A stretch of DNA of 64,000 bases from Gracilinanus agilis (lineage: Eukaryota): NCBI RefSeq assembly GCF_016433145.1, contig NC_058132.1:254006224-254070223 (forward strand), read 5' to 3'. Position 1 is the first letter of the stretch. Each line of letters starts with the position of its first letter. The notes under the pieces are model-generated. The model was not told the origin of the DNA and made no database searches. It was given only the letters and a program-made list of their open reading frames with translations. The translations under genes and the position numbers were made by a program. This document shows, piece after piece, positions 1 to 11,769 of this stretch.

Positions 1-1577
1 GTTTGAAACATTGAAACATCTCATCTTCTGTGACTTTTTTTCTCCAAATGTACACAGAGTATTTTGTTAGGATCTTTTTTTTAAAATTATAGTAATTCAT
101 ATGTTGTTGTACCTTCTCTGTCAGAATGGAAGCTTCTTGAAGACAGGGATAGTGCTTTTTTCATCTTTTTATATGGCGTGCTTAGCCCAATTCCTTACAC
201 ATGGTGCACTCATTTGTTGAATGAGTGACTGAAGAAAGAAGAAAGATGAGAAATCTAATTGTGCTAACACTTTTCTGGCATCTCCCAGTCCTTAGTTGTT
301 GGCTAGGAGTCTGGCCAGAATCTCTATGGAAAATCATTCCTCTGTATATGGGAGTATATATTGAACAATCATGGCACTCTTAAGTCCAAAGGTGAAGAAT
401 GGAATACTATACTATTGAGGAGGGACCTGACTCAGGCCAGGCTCAGGGTTGAGGCACTCACAGGTTATTCAATAGTTAATGAAGATACATTATTTAGCTA
501 AAATAGAGAAAAGACATTTTCAACAAGGATTCTCCAACACTTAGTGGGAAATGGAGTGTCCATAGTTTATTTTAGATAATGCTTGGAATCCTCTAGGTTT
601 TTCCCACCTATGAGATTCCCTAAAATTGAATGGGTTCTCAGTTCCCTGCCACTGTATTTTCTTAGGGTTGATATCCCACCCTTTTCCCCTAATACAAACC
701 ACCATCCAAATTAGGGTATCTGTGATTGAGCTTCATCCAGTCTATCTAGAACCTGCTTAGAACTGGCAGGGGCCCCTCCAGGGATGCTTCTAAACCACTC
801 TACCCAGGGCTGCATTGCACTTGGTTGCTGCTTTTGGAAGATAAAAACTACTCTTTGAGACTTTGTTAGAGAGCTCTTAAGTTCTCAGGGATTCTCTTTG
901 GTGACTTTTTCTTTTTTTTTTTTAAACATTCTTACCCCTAGTTATTGTTTTTGTTTTTACTGTGACTAATTGTTTCTCTCTAAAAGTGTTGAATGAATTT
1001 TAGTAGGACGATTTGTTCAAATTATCTGACTTAATGTGTCTATTGTGGCAGGTACAGGAAAGTGATCCCAACATAGACACAATTTTTACAGTGTAGCCCT
1101 GACATGAGTTCAGTAAATACTTTCACTATTTTTTGTTGGTTATTCTAATTTGTTTTATCCTACCCCAAAACATAATTGAGAACCATGGAGCAACAGGAAA
1201 CAGTAACAGAAGTGCCAATCAACCTATTTCTTCTCATTCTTTTGAGAGAAAACTTGAATTTGCAAGTTGTTTTTCTGGGGCCTGGAGAATAGTAGGTGAC
1301 TATGGAAGAGGACAAACTGAATTGCCTTATTCAAGATGCAAAACTGCAACCTTAGGCTTATCAACATTTTTTTTAAAAAATAAGTATAAAACCAAAGGAC
1401 ATTTCCTTTAGAAAGAACTGCTAGTAATATAATGGTTTTTCCAATAATAGTCCTATATGGTTATTAGCATTCAACAGTATGAAAGATGTATATCTATGCA
1501 TAAGTTAGAATTGGAAGCATCATGGTATAGCTCCTTATATTTTTCAGGCGACACAGTATAGTGGAAAGAATTATATC

Positions 1578-2030
1578 AAGAAGCATTTATTAAGTATCTA
1601 TTATGGGCTGTGTACCATTTTAGTCACTGGGGATCCAGAGAAAGGCAAAAAAAATAGCACCTCTTCTCAAGGACTTCACAATCAAACAAGGGAGATAACA
1701 TGTAAACAAATATATAAAACAAACTATATACAGGGTAAGCCTTTTCATTTCTTAGTTCCTAATTTTCAACAAGTTTGTGGCTGCCCATATGGCTTGAAGC
1801 TCAGTTCCAATCAGCTGTCATGTGTTGAGGATCCATCCAATGAATCCCCCACTTTGCAGGATGGGGCCTATTCTTTTTCCTTTAACAATGGAAGATTAAC
1901 AATTAATGCTAACAATTAAAAGTCAATAGGTGTGGGATAAAGAGGGGCTGGGCCTTCCTAAAGAAGGTGTTATTTTAGTTGGGATTTAAAAGAAAATCAG
2001 GGAACTCAGCAGTGGGAGTGGAAGGGGTCA
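1578..2030 (-). mobile_element. L2-like LINE 3' fragment, interrupted by the exon-21 copy
   Basis: aagcatttattaagtatctattatg... is the reverse complement of an L2 tail; the same element is uninterrupted at ~33775-34010; boundaries approximate. Confidence 0.65.
1738..1895 (+). pseudogene. Diverged partial copy of LRP2 exon 21 (pseudo-exon) in intron 19
   Basis: 1755-1895 aligns without gaps to 4386-4526, 121/141 identical by manual count; [47 protein letters not shown] vs [47 protein letters not shown]. Confidence 0.92.
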
Positions 2031-3365
2031 GATAATATTATTGCTCAGTATCTTGATTTTATTATCTGTGAAATGAGTTAATTTATTTAGATGATTTCTA
2101 TAAGTTAGGTAAGATATTTTAGATCAGTGACTACTCTTTTCATTTCTCCATTCTATATCATTCTCAAATTTATGAATTACTTGTCTTTCTTATCTTAATA
2201 AAGATAAGAATATCATATATTAATAGTGTGTAATAATAAATAATACAAACATAATAAAATATATAAAATAGTAAACAATAATAGGAAAATAAACTTCATC
2301 TTTGACAACTGATAATGATGCATAAGGACTATTATTCTATCCATTATAATTATAAAATATTGAATGATATATGTAATGTGATTTTATAGATACTAATGTA
2401 TAGGAAATGAGGCAGTATCTTTATCAACTTAAAAGTATATTCCACTAATTGTTTTATTGATAAAATTTTTAATTATTACATTATTCATTTGCTGTCCTGT
2501 CCTTTAACCTTTTTTAAATAAAAAAATGAATCTGAGAAAAATGTTGAGAATTCTCTTTAGAACATAGAGCATATAGTGCTCTTTCTAATATAGAAGTTAC
2601 TGGCATTCTTAAATAATTAGGTACTGAATAAATATTTGTTGATTTTGTCATGTAATATTATAAAATTGAATATGCAAACATAAACTTAATAAATAAGTAC
2701 AAAACACCCTATAATTTCCTTACTAAAATTGGGCAAATATACTTATTTATAATATACAAAATAGTTAATTCTCTAATACAAACCAAATAATTAAAATAAT
2801 GAAATCAGGGTGGCTTCAGTGGATTGACAGCTGGGCTGAGAAATGATAGGTCCTGGGTTCAAATGTGGCCTCAGACATTTTTTAGTTATGTAACCTGGGA
2901 AAGTCACTTAATCCCGCCTGGGATACCTTGGAACCAACATCTAACTGATTCTAAAGCAGAAGTTAAGAGTTAAAAAAATAATGATGCCAACTTTGCAGGC
3001 ACTTTGGGAAAAGTACTGGCACTGGAATCAGAGGGTGTGGGGGTTCAAATCTCACCCTTGTCACATGCTACTTTCATGACCTTGGCAGTCACTTAATGTC
3101 TCTTGACCATATTTTCTTCATCTATAAAATGAAGGGTCAGAAGAAATAGTCTTCAAGGTCCCTTTCTACTCTAAATCTATGACCCTATCTGTGTCAAAGT
3201 TTTTATTTAGTTTTTCCTGAAAGAAAAAAAAAAGGATAATTTTGGGGAGGATTATTTTTGGTAAAAAGAAATCTTAGTTCTGTTGGATCTTTTCAGTGAT
3301 ACATAACTGAGTGAGTAAATGGGAATTTTTGATTACAATTACTAACTACATATTTTCCTTTTCAG

Positions 3366-3503
3366 ATTATGCATATTTTACTGACTGGCGACTGGGTGGA
3401 ATTGTTCGAGTGAGGAAAACTGATGGTGGAGAGATGACTATTATCCGAAGAGGCATTAATAACGTAATGCATGTGAAAACATATGATGCTAATATCCAAA
3501 CTG
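3366..3503 (+). CDS. LRP2: LRP2 exon ~20 (138 nt), last YWTD of propeller 2
   Basis: ttcag|AT...ACT G|gtaagc; (D)[45 protein letters not shown]; phase 1-1. Confidence 0.96.
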
Positions 3504-3861
3504 GTAAGCAGATTCCCAATCTTTACTAAAGGTATCATAACATTTTCTAATGTAGATTTCATTTATTTAAAAAATAGTTTCTTGATAGCAACACATTTAT
3601 AATATAATTCCTTACAATCAGAGAGCTAGAGGCAGAAGGGACTTCAGAGGTTATTTAGTCCAAACCCTTCATTTTATACGTAAAGAAAATGAGGACACAG
3701 AGAATAAGTGACTTGTACAGGCCCAAAGCTCCATTGATAACTATAAAGCATTCTATTTAAAAATTCAAATGGCAATAAGATAAGTATGAGAGAGGGCATT
3801 TGAACCAAGTTCCTTTGACTCCAGGTCCTCTTATTCTTTCTTCTAAGTAGATAATGCACTA

Positions 3862-4085
3862 TTGTTTAGGTTTTTTCCAATTCTTCATGACAACATTTGA
3901 GGTTTTCTTGGCAGACACTGGAATGATTTGCCATTTTCCTTTCCAGCTCATTTTCCCTATGAGGGAACTCAGGCAAACAGAGTTAAATGACTTCCATAGG
4001 GTGACACAGCTAGTATCTTGAGGCCAGATTTGAACTCAGGAAGATGAGTCTTTCTGGTTCCTGGCTAGTTACTCAGATATGGCAC
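3862..4085 (-). mobile_element. MAR1-like CORE-SINE (RTE-type tail). Similar copies at ~13472-13695(+), 14183-14420(-), 18988-19225(+), 20345-20582(-), 22235-22420(-), 57525-57732(-), 59403-59640(-)
   Basis: CORE motif (gggcaagtcacttaac) joined to a gaaggaaatggcaaaccactccagtatctttgccaagaaaac-type tail; family name from recall. Confidence 0.75.
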
Positions 4086-4323
4086 TATTAGAATTTAAAT
4101 ATGAGATCTTACCTTGGGGATTGTGGGGGAACATTTTGAAAAGGGAGTTTAAAAAAAGATCACAAAGTAGAAAATTTATAAGCATTTACTCCCAAAGAGT
4201 GGCTTGTTATGGGATAGTTTCTGGGCTTTGATTTATTAAATGTTGTAAATGATATAACCCCTTGTTTTGTTAGATCTTTAACTGAACTCTACAATGAATA
4301 AGATTCAGAACATTCTTTTTCAG

Positions 4324-4605
4324 GCTCCAACTCTTGCAACCGAGCAACAAATCCCAATGGAGATTGCAGCCATTTTTGTTTCCCAGTTCCCAATTATCAG
4401 CGAGTTTGTGGTTGCCCATATGGCATGAAGCTCAGCTCTAATCAGCTGACATGTGTTGAGGATCCATCCAATGAGCCACCCACTCTGCAGTGTGGGTCTT
4501 ATTCCTTTTCCTGTAACAATGGCAGATGTGTACCAAGGTATTATCGCTGTGATGGTGTTGATGACTGCCATGATAACAGTGATGAACAACACTGTGGTAC
4601 CCTAA
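4324..4605 (+). CDS. LRP2: LRP2 exon ~21 (282 nt), EGF + first LDL-A of cluster II
   Basis: tttcag|GC TCC AAC...CTA A|gtgagt; [34 protein letters not shown]...[19 protein letters not shown]. Confidence 0.97.
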
Positions 4606-4869
4606 GTGAGTATCTGTATGGAAGAGTTAATTACTTGAAATGGACAGATGGAGATAGGTGGATTTACAAAAGGCTGGTGGTATAGTTTTGCTTTAGAAAA
4701 GCATTGAAATATTCAGGATCTAAGGAATCTAAAGAATGAAAATACTTTTCTAAATGAAAATGGAGAGACATATGTTAGGTATGAACAGATGAGTACAAAC
4801 AACAAAACAAGAAATTATGAAGAAATGGTGTAATGGGTGTCATCAAAGAAATTTGTAATTGAAAGAGAA

Positions 4870-5110
4870 TCTAGGTTGGCCATAAGATAAGAATGAATAA
4901 TAACCGATGGACAACTTACTTACCTCATGAGTACCTTCTGTATTAATAGTTCTCAAAAAAAGATCCCCAAGTTAAGGTTGTCCCTCCACGGAGAACTTAT
5001 GGGAAGACATCAACAGGAATCAGATATGTTGGATAGGGTTAGATGGGTTGCAATCTGTATCACCAGAGGGAATAAATATTCACAATCTGAGATCACAGAT
5101 CCATTTGAGT
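4870..5110 (+). mobile_element. RTE-clade LINE/SINE 3' fragment
   Basis: Resembles the 3' end of the RTE at ~38860-39060 (atgggaagacat...gatgggttgcaatctg); approximate. Confidence 0.5.
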
Positions 5111-6271
5111 ATTTGAGAGTACAATGTACACTTGTGGCTTTAGAGCTAGGAAATTAGGTCAAAAATACTCTTAGAATAGTTCTGAATAGTTTACACTTTA
5201 GATTCCTTAAAACCTAGCCTCTTTGGGAGGGCACCAATTCTTAACTAGTATAATACTAAAAAGTTTAAAGGTACAAAAAAAGCTGAGAAAGAGACCTCCA
5301 ACAATTCAAAAGCTCCCTCTCTCTTTGGGTATTTGGGCCAGCACAGTCTAATTACATCCTGGCAACAGAATCCTCCACAACATTGAACCAAAATAAATTG
5401 GTCAGTGCCTTTTAGGACATTAGATGAATGTCCCTGAATAGATCCTTGAACTTGAAGCCTTTGAAAACCTTATTTGGTATGCTTCTTTTACACTTCAAGA
5501 GCAGTGCTTTAGGTGTAGAATGTCAGCCTTCAGTCTCCTCACTTTCTTCTTTTCATGCTTTTTCCAATCTGGAAAATCCTAGTCACAGCCCAGTGCCCTG
5601 AGCAAAAAGCACCATTGATGACTATAAAGCATTCTATTAAAAATTCAAATGGTAAGAATAATTGAAGTAATTTCAGGATTTGGACAACTAGGCAAGATTA
5701 TTGGCAAAATAGCCCTTTTTGTGGAGAAGATAAGAAAGTCCTTTGGGGGAGGGGCGGTGAAGTGGACGGAGAAAAATGGTTTTGGACCTGTAGTTTATTG
5801 TTGTGAACCTATAGTTTGAAGACACTTTCCATTAATGCAGAGTAGCAGCTTGTATGTAGCCTATAGTTGGTGAGTGTTGCTTGAGGCACTGAAAGAAATA
5901 TTGCTAAACTAGAGTAAATAGTGAATTAGAAATGTGAATTAGACACATTCTCACCTCTCTTCCTTCTACCTTGGGTATTAGTTCTCCATTCCTTCACCTT
6001 CCAAAGAAAATACATAGTTCAGAGAACATGCATATTGTTCCCAATGAGCCTTTCTTAAAGCTTATTGTGAATTTCAGCAGTCAGTACAGATATCATTTAA
6101 TGGCATTAGCTTAAAGGTTTGTTGCCCGGATCACCTTCCTCTTCCCTAATCCAAGCAGAGGTCCCATTGCAGTCTAAGGAAGGAGCACTGGACCATGCTT
6201 TTGTAAGGAAATGAAGTAATTGCAGGGTGGTGAAAATCAGTATCTAAGAGATGCTTCCTTTTCTGATTTAG

Positions 6272-6511
6272 ACAATACCTGTGCTGCCTCAGCATTTACC
6301 TGTGCTCATGGGCAGTGCATTCCGGGACGTTGGCGCTGTGATAGGCACAATGACTGTCTGGATGGCAGTGATGAAGAACATTGCCCCACTCTAGGACCCT
6401 CTTCCTGCCCAGCAAGCCTGTACACTTGTGACAATAACCAGTGTATCCCGAGGATCTGGCTTTGTGACACAGATAATGACTGTGGGGATGGATCTGATGA
6501 AAAAAACTGTA
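6272..6511 (+). CDS. LRP2: LRP2 exon ~22 (240 nt), two LDL-A repeats
   Basis: tttag|AC AAT ACC TGT...TGT A|gtaagt; [28 protein letters not shown]...DGSDEKNC. Confidence 0.97.
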
Positions 6512-8212
6512 GTAAGTGTTTGGCTTGTTTCTCCTGCATCACCAACTTTGAAGATAGTTTCTAGTCATCTGTGGGCTCACAAAATTGCCTTGACATTTGC
6601 AGCATTTGCATCTTAGCTACCCTTATTTGCTAGGATTAGCCCTGCTACCTCTTAGTCATTTCTGCCTCCATTTCTGGGATCCCTTTCAATAGGGTAAGAG
6701 TTTATTGGTCTATATTTCAATACATAGAATTCTCCAAAAAAGGTAAATTTCCATGAAAAAAAAAGTCAGAATTGCTTCTTCAATACCAAATATCTGGATG
6801 AAGATTGAAAAAAATCAAATAAATATCCAGAGATTTAAAATGAATGTTTATATCAACTAGAGAAAAATCCAGACACTTGCCTTTATTTTTGCTATTCATT
6901 TGGATGGATCATTTGAGTCAGGCAGAAAGGAGACAGAATAAAGAAGTATAGATAAATTTCTTTTAGTTTTGTTGACCTGGTTTCTGATTTACGTGTTTTT
7001 TCCTTTTAAGCTCCAGATCAATACTGATCCTCATGTCTATACTGAACTGAGATTCAGGAAACCTGAGTCTAGTAATGGTTCTGCCATGATCTAGTTGTTT
7101 ATCTTAGAAGTTACTTAATCTTCCTGGGTTTCAGTTTCTTTAGTTCTAAAGTAATAATATCTCGACATATATATTGTGTTTATAGATTATAGTGTTTTCC
7201 CTACCACAACACTATAGGATAGGTAGTACCTATATTTTTATTTTCAATTTATGTATAAAGAAACTAAGGTTTAAAGAACTAAAGTGATTGCCCAAAGCCA
7301 CTGAGCAAGTGGGAGAATTAGGATTTGAACTCTCCCATCTTCTGATTTCAAGTCAAGGTTTTTTGTTTGTTATATCATGCTACCATCTCTACTTGATTTG
7401 ATAGTTAATGGTTCCTTGCAATTCTAAAACTCATAGATGGACAACATTAATGAGTTTGGATTTTTTTTGGGGGGTGGTGGTGGAATGATTTTTCATAAGG
7501 CATAGGCCAAATTCAAGTACGTTATATTCAAGTAATTTTCCAATTGTGACTTTTGGCTTTTTAGATTTACCTTCCAACCATAGCCTTTGGAACCATATTT
7601 TCCAAAGCTCCCCTCCCCTTGAAGTTCCTTGCTCTGGAGACCCTAAAAAGGTGTCTCTTATTGACAACATTTGAATACCTACATCACTGATATTGCCCCA
7701 GATCATAGAACTTGAGCTGGAGGGTATCTTAGAGGTTATCTAATGCCACACTCTCATTTTCAAGGTGAGAAAACTGAAACTTAGGAAGACTCAATGACTT
7801 ACCTAAAAACACACAAATAATACTAAGTGGCAAAGCTAGAATTTGAATTCAAGTCCTGCTTGAATTAAACAATGGAAAATGTTCAGTTTGTTAATATCTC
7901 CTAGCATACTAACCTTGGAGATAGTTCCCAATAAGCAATAGGTTCACAAATTGCCTTGACACTCACAGCATTTGCATCCTTGCTTTCCATATTTGCCAAG
8001 GTTACCCTTACTGCCTCCTAGCTATCTTTGCCTCCATCTGCTGGCCTCCTAAGATAAGACTATATTGGGATTGAAAAGTTTAGCTCCCTTTTGATGGTTT
8101 ACACTGCCTTCCAAACGTAGATGCTTAAAAAAAAGTTTGTTTTGATTGTTATTCTTGTGATAGTTAAAGGAGAAATGAAGCATAATTTAAATTTGTTTTT
8201 GGATCATGTCAG

Positions 8213-8332
8213 ATTTTACAGGGACATGTGATCCTGGTCAGTTTCAGTGTCCTGACCATCGCTGCATTGACCCATTCTATGTGTGTGATGGAGATAGGGA
8301 CTGTGCGGATGGAGCTGATGAAGTCGACTGTA
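8213..8332 (+). CDS. LRP2: LRP2 exon ~23 (120 nt), one LDL-A repeat
   Basis: gtcag|AT TTT ACA GGG ACA TGT...TGT A|gtaagt; [40 protein letters not shown]; an alternative AG lies 9 nt downstream. Confidence 0.95.
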
Positions 8333-8430
8333 GTAAGTAGTAGCTTTCTCTCAATAGCTGCTTAGCAATTTTTAGTGTTTAGTAATTTCTACCTGAGTTG
8401 AACTCTAATACCATGCTCCTTCATCCATAG

Positions 8431-8547
8431 TATATAACTGCACTGCTTCTGAATTCAAGTGTGCCAGTGGAGACCAATGTATCAGTAATATTTACCACTG
8501 TGATGGCGTTTTTGACTGCAATGACCACTCTGATGAGGCTGGCTGTC
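8431..8547 (+). CDS. LRP2: LRP2 exon ~24 (117 nt), one LDL-A repeat; preceded by a 98-nt intron
   Basis: ccatag|TA TAT AAC TGC...TGT C|gtaagt; [39 protein letters not shown]. Confidence 0.96.
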
Positions 8548-10215
8548 GTAAGTGCTGCGTACCCAACAATTCCAGATGAAGGAAATATTTTATGATGCTA
8601 GCATGGATATTATGGGACTTTTAATAATTCACAATAATTGGAGGGAAGCCTAGGGTAGATCATAAAATACATTAAATGAATCCACACTATAGATTTCAAG
8701 TGTGGTATTCACATATCACAACTAAAATGGGACCTACGTGTTGTCATTTAGAGGATCTGATTTAATTGTTAGATCAGAATATAACACCACATTTTGTTTA
8801 TATCATTAACATACCAAATGTTTACACATGAGGTTCTTCTAAAATGATTTATCCCATCCCTTAAGTAGGTCCAATATTCCTGATATGATTGAATCCATTC
8901 CTTTTCCCTCCAAACATGGCCAAAGATTGATATCCATTTGTTCACAAATATCAAATTAGTGAGTCCAAATTAATGAGTTTTTGGAATACTTAAATAAATG
9001 TGAATACTTCCTGTGAAATCTCAATAGAAAGACTGAAGATATACATGGAGAATATAAATAACACTGTCCACCTTTTAATGAGCAATATTGGGGTCAACAA
9101 GGGTGTGAATGCCAAGACTTGTAATTTCCATAGACTATAATCCTATAGTAATAATTTATTATTTTTCTGTGTATGTATATGTATCTATATTGGGTATGAC
9201 GGCTGTGCATTTAGGAAACTGTTAATAGAGTAGTCACTTACATAGAACAGGGACATTTTCTTTTACTATAGGAAGAATGGTTTCCTAGATGCCTGATAAT
9301 CAGTAATTAAATTAATGGGCAAACTAAAAGTTACAGAAAATACCTAAGTACTTGGAAAAATATCTATGGTTTGTTTTAGAAAGCTCAAAATACTCTTGGA
9401 TGAGAATATGAATTTTTTTCCCCTGCTGCTTTGCAGTAACACTACTCACAATGGAAACTTAATTGCCAATTCACTTTAGAATATCATAGTAATCTGGATT
9501 CTCATCTGTGAAAAAGCTTTTATGGATTGCTGGATGCAGTGTGAAAACTGATAACATAATAAGTATTTCCTGTAAATGTTAAGTTGCCTCTACATTTAAT
9601 GTATTTGAATTTTATTTAAAATGGTTCCTTAGGGAAAATGATTTCATCTCCCCAGTGTAAAAAGAAAATACAAAATTAGATACATATAGTACAGAATAGC
9701 TATTAAAAAGCATAATGACAATGATAACTGCTTACATTTATATTAGCTTTTTATGGTACAAATCATTTTCATATATCAATTTTATATCAGTGAAGAAAAA
9801 AAGGCAGAAATATTGAGAGATTTTTAGCTCAGAATTCAACTTAAATCTAATTTCCTTATCAAGTCTGTGTTTCACAGTATTTTTAATACAAGAAAAGAAG
9901 AGCAGAATCTCAGCTTTTCTTCTTCAGTGTAATCCATTTTACGTTTTTGACATAATCCTAGACAAATGTCAGCTGGCACTTTGCACACTTAAAAAATATG
10001 TAAATACACAAACCACTGGGAAGAGTGCTAGGGTTCAATCTTGAATGAGTACATCACATACTTTATCCTTTGATCACAAAATGTCAACTGATAAAAAAAA
10101 ACCTAAAAACAAAAAAACAAAAAATCAGGGCATGTAAAGTTACTCCATGACCAAGACCATCATTGGAACTGTGAACCACATTCACGAATCTGCTTTTCAA
10201 ATGCCTCTCTTTTAG

Positions 10216-10593
10216 CTACCAGGCCTCCAGGAATGTGCCACCAGAATGAGTTTCAATGCCAATCAGATGGCACCTGTATCCCGAACAACTGGGAGTGTGA
10301 TGGGCATCCGGATTGCATGGATGGTTCTGATGAACATAATGGCTGTCTTCCCATGACCTGTCCTCCGTCTCTTTTCCGCTGTGACAATGGAAACTGCATC
10401 TACAGGGCATGGATCTGTGATGGGGACAATGACTGCAGGGATATGAGTGATGAGAGGGACTGTCCCACTCAGCCCTTTCGGTGCCCCAGCTGGCAGTGGC
10501 AGTGCCCAGGCCATAGCATCTGTGTGAATCTGAGCGCAGTATGTGATGACATCCCAGACTGCCCCAATGGGGCAGATGAGTCCCCAGTTTGCA
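10216..10593 (+). CDS. LRP2: LRP2 exon ~25 (378 nt), three LDL-A repeats ending cluster II
   Basis: tttag|CT ACC AGG CCT...TGC A|gtaagt; [19 protein letters not shown]...[11 protein letters not shown]. Confidence 0.97.
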
Positions 10594-11093
10594 GTAAGTT
10601 TTCTGACCACACATTACAGGTCATAAAGCCTTCTTGAGCTGCAGGATAATAAACCCCAATGCTGTCACTGTCACTGTCCCTGGGGTGTCTGAAGGGTAGT
10701 AGCACTTTAAAGTAAAGCACTTTTTAAATGCCTTTGTGAGTTTAGAAATGTTTGAGGGGGGGTAAAATATAATTTAATTTAAGTAAATCATCACTGAATA
10801 ATATTTCTCATTAAATTCTTCACACTTTGGTTATGTGTTTTTGTTTCTTTTCATGTTGGTGTCTAGAAAAAGAAGATTAATGGGGCTATTAGACTGTTAA
10901 ATTAAATTTGGTTCTATCTATAATGTCCTCTTAGGTTTTCTAACTTTAATATTTTCTAATTTCAATCAGAATGCGCCATAAAAACAATGAAGCTCGGGGT
11001 TTGTGTTTACTGTGATTGCAAATGCTGTGATTGGCATGTAATCCTAACTACTGTCCTTTCTTTCTTTCCTCTTTAATCAATGTCCACTCTCAG

Positions 11094-11108
11094 ATGAACC
11101 CCAGCCAG
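11094..11108 (+). CDS. LRP2: Candidate 15-nt alternative microexon of LRP2 (intron 25)
   Basis: CTAAC branch point, long pyrimidine tract, ctcag|ATGAACCCCAGCCAG|gtatga; phase 1-1 and frame-preserving; no transcript evidence available. Confidence 0.55.
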
Positions 11109-11769
11109 GTATGATTGTGACATATTTTAGATTTTTATGATTTCATACTGTGTTGTGTTTGTGCAGAAAATGACTTAAATTCTTTATATTAATTTATTCC
11201 TTCCCCTATCCTCCTCCCACAATCTAGGTGCATAGAGCACTCTTTTAAAATACATTTTCTAGAAAGCATGCAAATTGAAGACTTCTACTGTCCAGCCTCT
11301 ATATAGCTTCTCCCCCAGCTATTTTGACCTGAGGGAGAAGAATGATGGTACAATAAATAATTCCTCTGTGTCTTTCCGTTCCTCTCCTAGAACTTTTTCC
11401 TCATCCCTTTTTCATACGCCAAGATGCTTGTCAAGCTCTCCTTCTTCCTGCTAGCCCCTTCATCTCCCTTTATTTCTAGATTAGATTGATTGAGTAATCT
11501 ATATGGGTAAATACCTTAGATTTCTTTGCATGTTTGAATTATTGAGATGAGTGGCTATGGTGTTTCTTCTATGTAAGATCACACTCCCCTATGTTTCTTC
11601 CACTGCTGTAAGTAAAAATTGGTAAAGGATGTCTTAAAGCCAAATGATGGTTGGTACCATAAGCAAGGACAAGGCATTGTTTTGCACAGGAGGGGTATTG
11701 CACCACAGTGACTGAAAAGAATACGATTTCTGATACTTCTCCCTTTTTAATTTTCTTCCTGCCCTCTAG

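Noticed and set aside
3297-3310. Micro-exon-like tttcag|TGATACATAACTGA|gtgagt upstream of exon 20
   Set aside because: 14 nt (frameshifting), and the following intron would be only 55 nt.
10216-10720. Long minus-strand ORFs over exon 25, and similar shadow ORFs over exons 21, 22, 26, 29, 30, 35, 41
   Set aside because: Antisense or alternative frames of LRP2 coding exons; no independent gene structure.
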